DNA of 64,000 bases, taken from an uncultured delta proteobacterium (lineage in GTDB: Bacteria; Desulfobacterota; Binatia; Binatales; Binataceae). Of this stretch, positions 31,101 through 40,828 are shown in pieces. The stretch is taken from NCBI GenBank assembly GCA_963765675.1, contig CAVXXK010000001.1, forward strand, positions 1,024,001-1,088,000, in the 5' to 3' direction. A program made the translations under genes and the position numbers. The notes below the pieces were generated by a model that was given only the letters and a program-made list of their open reading frames with translations, was not told the DNA's origin and made no database searches. How positions within the stretch are numbered: position 1 is the first letter of the stretch; every line of letters starts with the position of its first letter.

Positions 31101-32921
31101 CTGGCCGTCCGGACCTTCGACCGAAAATGCCTGTACGTAAGCGCCCGCAACGGAGCCGCTGATTTTGGGTTTGAATGTGTGGAATTCTTCCGCGAGCACT
31201 TTGACGCCGAAATTCTGCAGCATCGGCATCAGATCTGACAGCATCGGCGGCTCTCCGACGCCCAGCATCCGCAGCTCGTCGGCGTTTTCGTCTGCCTCAG
31301 GGTTGTGGCCAAGTTCCACGTGAAACGTCCCGCCGGTCTGGAGCAGCTCTTCGATTCGTTCGATATCATTGATCGCGCGCTGCGCCGGAACCGCGGCACG
31401 GTATTCGTCTGTGAACGCGCCGGTCCATCGCGCACCCAGCGCGCGGCCGCGCGAGGCGCCCAATTTCTCGACCAGGCGCTCGGTCAGCCGCTCTTCCCAT
31501 CGATGCGCGAGGCGTGCGACCTCGATTTCGAGCTCCTTGATCTTCTGCGCCTTGGGCGCCTCCGCGGCGAAGCAGAAATGCAGCCGCGCAGTGTAACCCT
31601 CGCCCATCGCCAGATAGTAGTAGATGAGCGTGCCGCCGAATCCCGCCGCGAGAGCGGCCTGGATGTTCTGGCGCACGCGCGCGGAGAATGCCTCGCGAGG
31701 CATCACTACCATCGCGATCACGTTGCCGCGGTACGGATCGCTGAGCACGCACAGGCGCACCGTGGCTTCGTTTTTCACGTCGAGGATCAGATGCAGTTGA
31801 GCGCTCAGCTCGGAGACCGGCGCGCGAAAAAGCTCATCCTTGGGAAAGCTGTTGAACGCGGTGACCAGCTCCTTGTAGTCGTGGGAGCCAGCGACCGCGC
31901 CTTCCGCGTCCAGCACCGCTTGCAGCTTGGCGCGCAGGGTCGGGATGTGCTGCGCTTCTTCGGCGTAGGCTTTGGAGGTGAACAAACCCACGAAGTGATC
32001 GAAACCAGTCACCTTGCCGGCGGCGTTCTTGCGGCGAATCGTCACGCTGTCCATCGGGGCGCGGCGATGCACCAGCGATTCGGCGGGAGTCTTTCCGATC
32101 ACGAGCGGCGGGCCGTCGAAAAACAATTTGCGCCGCGCCGGCGCGATCTCGTCAAGCGAGCCGGCGCTGCGGAAGCGCGATTCGTCGTGGTCGCGCATGA
32201 TTCCGAGCTCGCTGCCGGACTGGACCGAGAACTTCGTGGCATGGCCCTCGCCGGAGAGGTCGTAGTGACGATAGCCGAGAAAAACGAAGCCACCCTGCAC
32301 CAGCCAGCGCAGGAAATCGCGCACCTCTACGAGCTCGCGATTGGCGGCGGTCTCCTCGCAAATCTGCAGCGCGCGCGAGACCATCGGCTCGAAATCGCCG
32401 GTTGCCTGCTGAACCTCGACCAAAACGGCGCGGACCTCGCGCGCGATTCGTTCGGCATCAGCCGGTGAAGCGGTAAGTTCCAGTTCGGTGTAGGTCAGCG
32501 ATTCGCCCTGCTCGGCCGACGACGCCTGCTCGAATGAGACGATGGTTCCCTGGGCGTCGCGAGCGAGCTTGTAAACCGGATGCAGCATCGCGAGCACGGG
32601 AGCGCCGAGCTGATGAAAGTAGGCGAGCAGGCTATCGACGATGAACGGACGATCCAGCATTGCGGTTTGGACTACCGTGACGCCGCCGGGTTCCGGCGCG
32701 GGCACCACGGAGACCGCGATCGGCTCCGTGCGCGTGAGGAAAAAAGCGTGGGCCGACTTGAGCGCCGCCAGGTAGTGGTCGGGCGCGGAATGATCGAGGC
32801 GGTCATGCGGCTCGCGCGCGAAAAGCCGCTCCGCGAAAAGCTTGAGGCGCTTCGCCTCGTCACCGGGAAAGTTACGCTCGATAATTTCGGACAGGGCACC
32901 TGCTCTCGCCAAGACGATCAC
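28164..32921 (-). CDS. gdhB: Large NAD-specific glutamate dehydrogenase (GdhB type)
   Basis: 1585 aa; DRPFIVDS, RGGIRFSDR, YLVVAADKGTA, GIGDMSGDVFGNG, NGGIGTY, EGGNLG, DNSAGVDTSDHEVNIKI. Confidence 0.95.
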   Translation of the reverse strand: MIVLARAGALSEIIERNFPGDEAKRLKLFAERLFAREPHDRLDHSAPDHYLAALKSAHAFFLTRTEPIAVSVVPAPEPGGVTVVQTAMLDRPFIVDSLLAYFHQLGAPVLAMLHPVYKLARDAQGTIVSFEQASSAEQGESLTYTELELTASPADAERIAREVRAVLVEVQQATGDFEPMVSRALQICEETAANRELVEVRDFLRWLVQGGFVFLGYRHYDLSGEGHATKFSVQSGSELGIMRDHDESRFRSAGSLDEIAPARRKLFFDGPPLVIGKTPAESLVHRRAPMDSVTIRRKNAAGKVTGFDHFVGLFTSKAYAEEAQHIPTLRAKLQAVLDAEGAVAGSHDYKELVTAFNSFPKDELFRAPVSELSAQLHLILDVKNEATVRLCVLSDPYRGNVIAMVVMPREAFSARVRQNIQAALAAGFGGTLIYYYLAMGEGYTARLHFCFAAEAPKAQKIKELEIEVARLAHRWEERLTERLVEKLGASRGRALGARWTGAFTDEYRAAVPAQRAINDIERIEELLQTGGTFHVELGHNPEADENADELRMLGVGEPPMLSDLMPMLQNFGVKVLAEEFHTFKPKISGSVAGAYVQAFSVEGPDGQPLLKSPGALTIADAIAAVRAGLAEDDPLNALVVSAGLKWRDAALLRAYLEAAFQMELAPARPALRRLLLNFPALSRTMFDLFVARLDPDHEDDPAKTAELRAAYLDQLSSIENIADDRAARMLLAMIEATVRTNFFCPMPAPDPYIALKFESGKIAGLPDTPPLYEIHVNSPRMEGCHLRAGKVSRGGIRFSDRLDDFRTEILGLMKTQTVKNAIIVPIGSKGGFIVKRATENTAPGVEAYKTLMCAMLDLTDNRTDHGTVHPPRVKVLDTDGPYLVVAADKGTAAFSDIANTIALERGFWLGDAFASGGEHGFDHKAMGITARGAWESARRHLREIGRDPDRGQPITMIGIGDMSGDVFGNGLLRSRNLALIAAFDHRHIFIDPTPDPAVSFDERHRLYELPRSAWADYNPALISKGGGVWRRGQKRIELSPQARAALGVDDEALDGESLVRTILRAPVDMLYNGGIGTYVRASDETDEEVGDHANDGCRITGAELRAKIAIEGGNLGFTQKARIEFALAGGRINTDAIDNSAGVDTSDHEVNIKILLDPEVARGALSFDERNRTLAGLADDVAQSVLRDNRDQALLLSLEQIRSRTRVDAFREHMQAIEERGLLSRHEEALPTREDLHDRHARFAGLVRPELALITAFTKIDLVMRLEDAALTTDPHLVDRFLVPYFPPSIAERFSKSIPNHRLRRELIATRLVNEMVDLMGSTFVFGIVRDHGVSAEAAVHAWLIASEVLSVSARAEQIRTVTATASADAETGGFFALEKAAGAASAWALRNFPPDAALDDVARRFRPAFESLSSSFEEFLQAGERDRFEQIYRDLRATVADGELAHGLARLAFADHLLNVLSVALARKLPAERVAEAYFGVSAHLDFSRLEATVVNFDDEDRWRRRAAQELAVELREGRLQLTNLALEAGGAAAAIQRLASERPREFADLERLLAEIATMQTISLPAVHVAARAIFRVAAAEKN

Positions 32922-33034
32922 CTTTCCATAACGAGGAACTCAACGCCGCGACTGAACCCACTCGATCAATTATATTGGTTCTCGGCCCGGCACTCATAGC
33001 GCAATATCTGTCCACGAAAGCGAGACTCTCGACG

Positions 33035-34289
33035 ATGCCAGAGATCGAAATCACCGCGATGACGCTTGGGCCCTATGGCGTTGGGCATCGAGATGGCAAG
33101 ACGGTGATGGTGCCCGGCGTGGCGCCGGGAGATCGGATCGAGGTCGCGATCCGGTCCGAGCGGCGCGACTACAACGTCGGTGCGATCGAGCGAATCATCG
33201 CGGCTGGCGCCGAGCGTCGCGCCACGCCATGTCCGTATCTGCCGCGCTGCGGAGGATGCGACTGGCAACAAATCGAGTATCCGGCGCAGGTACGGCTCAA
33301 GTCTGAGCTGATCGCGCAGGAGCTTGGCCGCGCGCTCGGAGTCGAGATCGATCCGGCAGGTTTGGTCGAGCCCGCGCCCGCCGAGTTCGGGTATCGCGCC
33401 CGGATTCGGCTTAAGGTCGGGCGTGGCGGCGCGCTCGGATTCCACGAGCTCGGCAGCAATGAACTGATCGCGATTGAGCATTGCCTCGTCGCGGAAGACA
33501 GCCTCGCGATGCCCTCGGTACTGGCGCGGGTGCTCGCGCGCGATCTGAGCGAGATCGAGGCGGTTGCGGCCGGCGGCAATCTCACGGTGCTGGTCGGATA
33601 TCTGAAGAAGCCGGCGGGAGCGGAACAGATCGAACGCGCGCGCCGAGCGCTTGAGGCTGACTCGAGGATCGCGGGAATCGTGCTGCGAGCGGGCGAGTCT
33701 CGCGTGATTTTGGGCGAGGTAGAGATCGAAGCGGAAATCGAGCCGGGCGTCGTGCTGCGCGCTGGCGCGGATTTGTTCAGCCAGGTGAATCGTGCGCAGA
33801 ACCTGCGGCTGGTCGCGGAGGTGATGGCGATGGCGTCGCCGGCGGCGGGCGCGAAGCTGCTCGATCTGTTTTGCGGCGCCGGAAATTTCAGCCTTCCAGC
33901 CGCGCGGCGCGGCGCACGCGTGACCGGGGTCGATTCGGATCCGCACGCGGTCGCGGCTGCCGCGCGCAACGCGGAGCGGATGAGACTTGGCGAGGCGCAA
34001 TTCGCCGCGATGCAGGCGCACGAGCTCGCGGCGTTCCTGCAGCGCGCGAGATTTCGGCCCGACGTCGTGATTCTCGATCCGCCGCGCACCGGAGCGGCCG
34101 CGCTGATCGAGCCGATCGCAAAGCTTGGCCCCGCGCGCGTTGTTTACGTTTCTTGCGACGCGGCAACTTTGGCGCGGGATTTGCGCGCGCTCGCGGCGCG
34201 TGGTTACAAATTATCGCGCGTGCGCGCATTCGATTTTTTTCCCGAACACGCATCATGCCGAGATCGCGGCGGAAGCGGTATTGACTTAA
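33035..34289 (+). CDS. rlmD: 23S rRNA m5U methyltransferase RlmD/TrmA family; extra T in the T7 run at 34234-34240 shifts the C-terminus
   Basis: TRAM-like N-terminus, CPYLPRCGGCDWQ, FSQVN, DLFCGAGNF, DPPRTG, YVSCD; corrected end FPNTHHAEIAAEAVLT*. Confidence 0.9.
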
Positions 34290-34355
34290 ATCACGGGGCA
34301 TCCTTAATGTAGGTCAGTCGGTTCGTACCTTCCCGCCAGAGGGTCATTCAGAACG

Positions 34356-34607
34356 ATGCCCAAGCAGGAAAAGGAAAAGATCGCCCGCCCAAAGATCACC
34401 ATTATCCCCGGGCGGGGCGTGGCCCAAACCATCAATTATTTGCTCGAAGATCGCGACGATCTCGAGTGGATAATCGCCGTAGGCCGCACCAAGAACGGCG
34501 AGCTGTTCTTTTATGACACCGGCGGGGATATCGTCGAAGACCTTGGCACCCTCGAGTATCTGAAGGCGCGGATCGTTCGCGCCCATTTCGGCGACGAGTA
34601 CGAATAG
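34356..34607 (+). CDS. Small hypothetical protein
   Basis: 83-aa ORF with host-like codon usage filling the gap between genes. Confidence 0.7.
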   Translation: MPKQEKEKIARPKITIIPGRGVAQTINYLLEDRDDLEWIIAVGRTKNGELFFYDTGGDIVEDLGTLEYLKARIVRAHFGDEYE

Positions 34608-34619
34608 GCACGGGTTCTG

Positions 34620-35051
34620 TCAGTCGTCGAATTCCTGCTCGGGAGCGCGCGCATAAATCATCCCGTCTTCGATTTCGATCGGCACTCGATACAGAAATTT
34701 TCCGCACGCGGACTCCGGACCGGCGATACATTCGCCTGAGCCGGGTTCGTAGTAGGCGTTGTGCGTCTGGCACATCAGGTAGCGCCCTTCTTCGGCAAAA
34801 AACTGGTTGTCGACCCAGTCCATCGCCATCGGCACATGACGGCATCGATTGACGTAGGCGTGAAACTCGCCGGCGAAATTGATCACGAAGCATTCTTCGT
34901 CGGCGCCGCGAATCGGCAGCATGAATTTAAGCGACTCGCCCTGCGCCAGGTCCTGCGCGCGTGCCACCCGGTAGCGCCGATTCGCCGGCGCGAGCGTCGC
35001 TCGCGGACGGCCGCGCGTCAGCGGGGCGCGGCGACGATGCTCCGAAGACAT
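34620..35051 (-). CDS. Rieske [2Fe-2S] ferredoxin
   Basis: NRCRH...CQTHNAYY...GECIAGP. Confidence 0.88.
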   Translation of the reverse strand: MSSEHRRRAPLTRGRPRATLAPANRRYRVARAQDLAQGESLKFMLPIRGADEECFVINFAGEFHAYVNRCRHVPMAMDWVDNQFFAEEGRYLMCQTHNAYYEPGSGECIAGPESACGKFLYRVPIEIEDGMIYARAPEQEFDD

Positions 35052-35788
35052 CCGATCTGCTCGATCTCGACTTCAACTGTGTCGCCCGGCTTCATCTCGC
35101 CGACACCAGACGGCGTGCCGGTCGAGATCACGTCGCCCGGCAGCAGCGTCATGATGTGGGAAATGTAGCTGACCAGGAAGTCGCACTTGAAGATGAGATT
35201 CGAAGTGCGGCTATTTTGCCGAACCTCGCCGTTCAGGCGCGTGGTTATCGCCAAATCGTCGGGGTTGGCGATCGCGGTTTCGATTACAGGGCCAAGCGGT
35301 GCGAAGCTGTCGAAACCCTTGCCGCGCGTGAACTGCACGTCCTTGCGCTGCAGGTCGCGGGCGGTCACGTCATTCATGCAGGTGTATCCGAGCACATAGT
35401 CGCGGGTGTTCGCCGCCGCGATTTTCGTCGCGGTGCGCGAAATCACGATCGCGAGCTCGCCCTCGTAATGCATCAGTTTCGATTGCGGCGGATAGATGAT
35501 CGCTTCGCCCGGCGCGATCACGCAGGTCGAGGGCTTGATGAAGAGCAGTGGCTCTTCGGGGAGCTGGCGACCCATCTCCTGCGCATGGTCGCGATAGTTG
35601 ACGCCGACCGCGACGATTTTGCCGGGCGCGATCGGCGCAAGCATCGCAACCGACGTGGCAGCAATTGGTGCCGCTCCCGCGGCGGCTGGTTTGAGCGCGT
35701 CGAGCGCGCCCGCAAGCGGGGTGATCGCCGCACCGTCGAGCCTGCCGAAACTGACTTTGCCATTCGAACTGTAACGAACGATTTTCAT
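35018..35788 (-). CDS. Fumarylacetoacetate hydrolase family protein
   Basis: GVNYRDHAQEM, HYEGEL, NDVTARDLQ, KGFDSFAPLGP, STGTPSGVG. Confidence 0.93.
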   Translation of the reverse strand: MKIVRYSSNGKVSFGRLDGAAITPLAGALDALKPAAAGAAPIAATSVAMLAPIAPGKIVAVGVNYRDHAQEMGRQLPEEPLLFIKPSTCVIAPGEAIIYPPQSKLMHYEGELAIVISRTATKIAAANTRDYVLGYTCMNDVTARDLQRKDVQFTRGKGFDSFAPLGPVIETAIANPDDLAITTRLNGEVRQNSRTSNLIFKCDFLVSYISHIMTLLPGDVISTGTPSGVGEMKPGDTVEVEIEQIGCLRSIVAAPR

Positions 35789-35952
35789 AGTTCCACTTTC
35801 ACTGAATTCTCACGCATCGTGGGGCGCGGGTAAACCGGCGCTTGCCGGGGTGTGCCAAAGGCCATAGCATCTTTCACGCGCTTGCGGCACTGGATGCGGG
35901 ATGGGCCTGCGGTAGCGCGCGAAGCGGAACAGATTTTCGAGAAACCTTTCGA

Positions 35953-37182
35953 ATGGACAAACCGATACTTCGTGGAGTCGAAGCCTTTCCAGTCGATCAG
36001 GACGGGCAGACTTATATATGCCTGCGCGATCCGACCGGCCTTGCGCCCGAGTCGATCGTGCTCGGGATGGGCGCCTATTTCATCATCTCGCTGTTCGACG
36101 GACGCAACGATTTACGCGAGGTGCAAGCCGCGTTTACCAAGCGATTCGGCGAAATTCTGGAACTCGAAAAGTTAAGCGAGCTGGTTCGCACCCTCGATCG
36201 GGCGCGCTTTCTCGACTCGCCCGCGTTTCATGAGCACGAGCTTCGCGTGCGTGAGGAATTTCGCGCGCAAACCGATCGGCCGGCAGCGCTCGCTGGAGTT
36301 TGCTACCCGCCGGAACCCGCGCAACTCCGAATGGAGCTCGCGGGGTTTTTCGATCCTCCCGAGGGACCCGGGCGCACGCCCGCGCGCAAAAACGGTTCGG
36401 CGCTGCGCGGGCTTATCGCGCCGCATATCGATCCGCGCCGCGGAGCGGCAGCCTATGCGCACGCGTACGCCGAGCTGATGGCGCATGAGCCGCCGGAGCT
36501 GGTGATCATCCTTGGTACATCGCACTACGGTGCGGGGCCGTCACTATTCAGCGCGACACGCAAGAATTATGTCACGCCGCTCGGACTGGTCGAGACCGAT
36601 CGCGAGTTCGTGGACAAGCTTGCAGGCCGCTACTCGGGCGGCGATCTGTTCGCCGACGAGTTTTTGCATCGCGGCGAGCATTCGATCGAATTTCAGGCGT
36701 TGTTCCTGGCCTATGCGATGGGCGTGCGCGGCTACCAGGTGGTCCCGATTCTCGTAAGCTCGTTCCACGAAATGATCCTGTCCGGAAAGATGCCGGCGGA
36801 GGATCCGCGCGTGGGTTCGTTTCTCGAAGCGGTGGGCGCGATGATAGCGGCCGAAAAGCGCAACGTGCTGGTCCTCGCGGGAGTGGATTTCGCGCACGTC
36901 GGCAGAAAATTTGGCGACGCTTTTGCCGCCGATCAAGCGGTGGCCGAGCGGGTCGAGCGCGAAGACCTTGCGCTGATCGAAAACCTCAAGCGCGGCGATC
37001 CGGCCGGGTTCTTTGCCGCGATTGCCGCGGACCACGACGCGCGGAAAATCTGCGGCGTAGCGCCGATGTACACCCAGCTCGAGCTTTTGCGCGGACGCAG
37101 CGCGCGACTGCTCAAGTATGGAATCGCGATGGAGCCGCAAACCGAGTCGTGCGTTTCGTTCGCGAGTCTTGCGATCGATTGA
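35953..37182 (+). CDS. MEMO1-family protein (AmmeMemoRadiSam protein B) with N-terminal extension
   Basis: RPAALAGVCYP, IAPHID, LGTSH, TPLG, EHSIEFQ, DFAHVG, ICG. Confidence 0.88.
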   Translation: MDKPILRGVEAFPVDQDGQTYICLRDPTGLAPESIVLGMGAYFIISLFDGRNDLREVQAAFTKRFGEILELEKLSELVRTLDRARFLDSPAFHEHELRVREEFRAQTDRPAALAGVCYPPEPAQLRMELAGFFDPPEGPGRTPARKNGSALRGLIAPHIDPRRGAAAYAHAYAELMAHEPPELVIILGTSHYGAGPSLFSATRKNYVTPLGLVETDREFVDKLAGRYSGGDLFADEFLHRGEHSIEFQALFLAYAMGVRGYQVVPILVSSFHEMILSGKMPAEDPRVGSFLEAVGAMIAAEKRNVLVLAGVDFAHVGRKFGDAFAADQAVAERVEREDLALIENLKRGDPAGFFAAIAADHDARKICGVAPMYTQLELLRGRSARLLKYGIAMEPQTESCVSFASLAID

Positions 37183-37248
37183 GGGGCGCGGTTTGTCGCC
37201 TTGAGCGCACGCCTGCTAAGAAACGCGGCGATGGGAGGATTGCTACGA

Positions 37249-37677
37249 ATGAAGCGCGCAATTCGATTCGGAGTGATCGCGGCGAGTTTGATCATCGCGG
37301 TGGCTGCCGGAGTCCGAGCCGACGAAAAGGCAAACGAAGCCGCCGCGCAAACCGTCGCGCTTGGATGGTTGCACGTAATCGATGCAGGCCAATACGCGCA
37401 GGCCTGGCGCGAGACCGCGGCGCCGGTAAAGGCAGCGTTCAACGCGGATGAATTCACGAGGAAGATGAACGAAACGCGCAAGCTGCTCGGAGTAGTGAAC
37501 TCGCGCAAGCTCGAATCCGCCACCTACGAGACCTCGCTTCCGGGTGCCCCGCCGGGAAAATACGTGGTCCTGGTTTACGCCACCGATTTCGCCGGCCGAC
37601 ACGCCGGTAAAGAGATCGTCACGCCGATGCTCGAGAAGGACGGGCAGTGGCGTGTCTCGGGCTACTACATCCGTTAG
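37249..37677 (+). CDS. DUF4019-like secreted protein
   Basis: Signal peptide; 'WLHVIDAGQYAQAW', 'LPGAPPGKYV', 'DGQWRVSGYYIR'. Confidence 0.8.
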   Translation: MKRAIRFGVIAASLIIAVAAGVRADEKANEAAAQTVALGWLHVIDAGQYAQAWRETAAPVKAAFNADEFTRKMNETRKLLGVVNSRKLESATYETSLPGAPPGKYVVLVYATDFAGRHAGKEIVTPMLEKDGQWRVSGYYIR

Positions 37678-37694
37678 CCGCGGCGCGTGCGCGA

Positions 37695-39041
37695 TCACTC
37701 GATTCCGTAGCGTTTGCGTTTGCGCCACAGGGTGGTGACGTTTATCCCGAGTGCAGCGGCCGCTTCGTCCAGGGTTGCGCTTTCGGCGAGCACCCGGCGA
37801 ATATGCTCGCGCTCAAGATCTTCGAGACTCGGGGAATGCGCGCCCGCCGATTGCGCGGCGCTGGATGGGAGATCGGCGGCCTCGCGAAAAAGCGAGTCCG
37901 GCAGATCCTCGCGCGTGATCTCGTCGCTGCGCGAGAGGACCGCCGCGCGCTCGAGTGCGTTGCGCAATTCGCGCACATTACCGGGCCACCGATATTTCGA
38001 GATTGCCGCGGATGCTTCCGGCGTCAGGCTCATTGCGGGCCGCTGATGCCGGATCGCGGCGGCCTTGAGCATCCACTGCGCCAGGGCCGGCACGTCCTCG
38101 CGCCGCTCACGCAGTGGCGGAACCCGAATCGTGATGACGTTCAGGCGGTAATACAGATCCTCGCGAAAGCGGTGAGCCGCGACCTCGGCTTCGAGATCGC
38201 GATTGGAGGCGGCGATGATCCGCGCGTTGACGCGAATCGTCTTGTCGCCGCCTATGCGCTCGAAGCTCTGCTCCTGCACGAAGCGCAAAAACTTGGTCTG
38301 CAGCGTGGGCGTCAGGTCGGCGATCTCGTCTAGAAAGACCGAGCCATTGTCGGCCGCTTCGAGCCGTCCGGGCTTGTCCTTCACCGCTCCGGTGAACGAC
38401 CCCCGCATGTGTCCAAATAGTTCGCTTTCGAGCAGCTCATCGGACAAGGTGGTGCAGTTGACGACGACGAACGGTCCTTCCTTGCGCCGGCTCCATCGAT
38501 GCATCTGCCGCGCGAGCACGTTCTTGCCGGTCCCACTTTCGCCGGTCAGCAGAATAGTCGCGTCGCTGGCGGCGGCCTGGCGCGCGAGTTCGAGCTGGTG
38601 CGTCATTGTGGCACTGTGCGTTTCGAGCAGCGGAGCCTCATCGATCGTATCGCGCAGCGCTCGATTCTCGGCCTGCAAGCCGCGCAACTCCAGCGCTCGC
38701 TCGACGATATGCTGGATCTGTTCGAGCGAGAACGGCTTGGTCACGTAGTCGTACGCCCCGGCCTTCATCGCGGAGACCGCGTTCTCGACCGTCGCGTACG
38801 CGGTCATCAGGATGATCAGGCAATCGGGCTGGCGGCGGCGGACTTCGCCGATCAGTTCGAGGCCGTTCATCTCCGCCATCCGAAAATCGGTCAACACCAG
38901 ATCGAACGAGTGGCCTGCGAGCATCCCGGTGGCCTCGCGCCCACTCTCAGCGGATGCGACCGAATATCCGATCGACTCGAAGAAGGTGACAAGGCTGCGT
39001 CGGATATTTTTTTCGTCGTCAACGATTAGCAGCGATGCCAT
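37695..39041 (-). CDS. Sigma54-dependent response regulator (NtrC/AlgB-like)
   Basis: REC domain, GESGTGK, ESELFGH, GSFTGA, FREDLYYRLNV, WPGNVREL, Fis-type HTH. Confidence 0.95.
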   Translation of the reverse strand: MASLLIVDDEKNIRRSLVTFFESIGYSVASAESGREATGMLAGHSFDLVLTDFRMAEMNGLELIGEVRRRQPDCLIILMTAYATVENAVSAMKAGAYDYVTKPFSLEQIQHIVERALELRGLQAENRALRDTIDEAPLLETHSATMTHQLELARQAAASDATILLTGESGTGKNVLARQMHRWSRRKEGPFVVVNCTTLSDELLESELFGHMRGSFTGAVKDKPGRLEAADNGSVFLDEIADLTPTLQTKFLRFVQEQSFERIGGDKTIRVNARIIAASNRDLEAEVAAHRFREDLYYRLNVITIRVPPLRERREDVPALAQWMLKAAAIRHQRPAMSLTPEASAAISKYRWPGNVRELRNALERAAVLSRSDEITREDLPDSLFREAADLPSSAAQSAGAHSPSLEDLEREHIRRVLAESATLDEAAAALGINVTTLWRKRKRYGIE

Positions 39042-40828
39042 TACAGGTTTCCTCCCGCCGGCAGTTCGACTACGAAGCGGCTGCCCGCGCCCGCGTTGTT
39101 ATCGACGAAAATCCGGCCGCCGTGCGCCGCGACGATGTCCTTTGCGATCGCTAGGCCGAGCCCCGCAGATCCTTTCTCGACTCCGCCGCGTCCATACTGC
39201 GCGAAGCGCTCGAAAATATGTTCGCGAATCTCGGTCGGGATTCCTGGGCCGGAATCCGAGACCTCGAACCGCACCTTGGTATCGACCGGGCGCGCCGCGA
39301 CTTCGATCTGGCCGCCCTCGGGCGTATAGCGGAGCGCGTTGCCGATCAGGTTTGAAACCACCCACGAGAGTTTAACCGCGTCGCCCGAAATCTCGGGAAC
39401 AGGCTCAAGATGCTCGGTCAGGTGCACGTGTTTTTCCTCGGCCTGAAGTCCGAAGCGGCGGACGACCTCCTCGATAATCTGCCTGAGATCGAGCCGCTCG
39501 CGCTGCACTGAGATTGAGGCGAGTTCGCCACGCGCGAGGTTGAGCAGATTGTCGCTGAGCGCCTTCATCCGCGCGCATTCTTCGAGGATCGCTTCGAGCA
39601 GCTCGCGCTGCTTGGAATCGAGGGCCGCGCTGTCGCGGCGCAAAAGCTCGGCCGACAGCGCGAGCGAGGTAAGCGGAGTGCGCAATTCGTGGGACAGCGT
39701 AGCGATCAGGTTTGCGCGCGCGCGATCCTGATCGCGCAAATAAGTCACGTCCTGAAGGATCAACAGCGTGCCGAGCGGCGCGCCTTCATCGTGATGCAGC
39801 GGCACGGGCTTCAGAACGTAGGTGTGGTCGCGGCCGCGCACGTGAAGTTGCACTTCGATTCGCTGGCTGTTGGGATCGACCTTGCGCAGATTGCGCAGCG
39901 CGTCGCGGACGCGCAGATAGTGTGGATGATTGCTGCTCAGGTCCTCGAACGGACTGCCGAGCGCGTCTTTCGGTTCCACTCCGATGATCAGCGCGGCAAT
40001 CTCGTTGATATGCGCGACCATCCCCTCGGAATCGATCAACACCACGCCGTCTTCCAGGCTTTCGATGATCGCCTCGGTCTTGCTCTTCTCGTACACCAGC
40101 CGATCGACGTTGAGCTTTTCGAAGCGTTCAAGCCGCTCCGCCATCTGGTTGAACTCGCGTGCGACCGCATCAAGCTCGGCGAACTTCTGCGGCCCCAGCC
40201 TGACCTGCCCGCGGCGTTGGCCGACGCCGCGCAGCCGCTCCGCAACTTCGATAAGCGGCTGCGAAATCGACCATCCGAGGCCCCATGAGATCGCGGCACC
40301 GAAGATCAACACCAGCGCAAGGCTCGCGGCGAATTGGTAGGTGAGGCGCCGCCCGAGCTCCGCGGAGCGGCTGTCGGCGCGAAACATCGCGGCCCGATTC
40401 ATCGCGATCAAATCGTTAAGGCGCGCGTGCAGCGCGTCGAATTGCGCGTCTTGGCGGGCGCCGACCGGAGCGACCGCGATCTGGCTGAACAGTTCGTCGG
40501 CGCCCGCGCGTATTGTATGCGCGAGCTCCGGCTCGCCAACTTCGGTGTAATCGTGATCCTCCGTGTCCATCCAGCGCATGAACTCGGCACGCTCGGGCGC
40601 AAGCGCTTCCTTTGCGCGGCCGTCGCGTTCCGCTAGTTCGAGGCGCGCCAGTGCCGCGTGCATATGCTGCGCCGCCTCGATGCTGATGTAGTTGCGGTAC
40701 AGGGTCTGGCGAATCGCGCCGCCCAGGCTGTACACGCGCGGGAGCGTGAACGCGCCGAGCAGCACAACCAATACCAGCAGCAGCAAGGTGCCGTTTCGAA
40801 TCCGATGTCGAAGTGAAGGCGTCCTCAT
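39041..40828 (-). CDS. Sensor histidine kinase (2 TM, periplasmic helical domain, HAMP, PAS, HisKA, HATPase; KinB-like)
   Basis: SHELRTPLTS, NLIGNALRYT, DSGPGI, GLGLAIAK. Confidence 0.92.
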   Translation of the reverse strand: MRTPSLRHRIRNGTLLLLVLVVLLGAFTLPRVYSLGGAIRQTLYRNYISIEAAQHMHAALARLELAERDGRAKEALAPERAEFMRWMDTEDHDYTEVGEPELAHTIRAGADELFSQIAVAPVGARQDAQFDALHARLNDLIAMNRAAMFRADSRSAELGRRLTYQFAASLALVLIFGAAISWGLGWSISQPLIEVAERLRGVGQRRGQVRLGPQKFAELDAVAREFNQMAERLERFEKLNVDRLVYEKSKTEAIIESLEDGVVLIDSEGMVAHINEIAALIIGVEPKDALGSPFEDLSSNHPHYLRVRDALRNLRKVDPNSQRIEVQLHVRGRDHTYVLKPVPLHHDEGAPLGTLLILQDVTYLRDQDRARANLIATLSHELRTPLTSLALSAELLRRDSAALDSKQRELLEAILEECARMKALSDNLLNLARGELASISVQRERLDLRQIIEEVVRRFGLQAEEKHVHLTEHLEPVPEISGDAVKLSWVVSNLIGNALRYTPEGGQIEVAARPVDTKVRFEVSDSGPGIPTEIREHIFERFAQYGRGGVEKGSAGLGLAIAKDIVAAHGGRIFVDNNAGAGSRFVVELPAGGNL

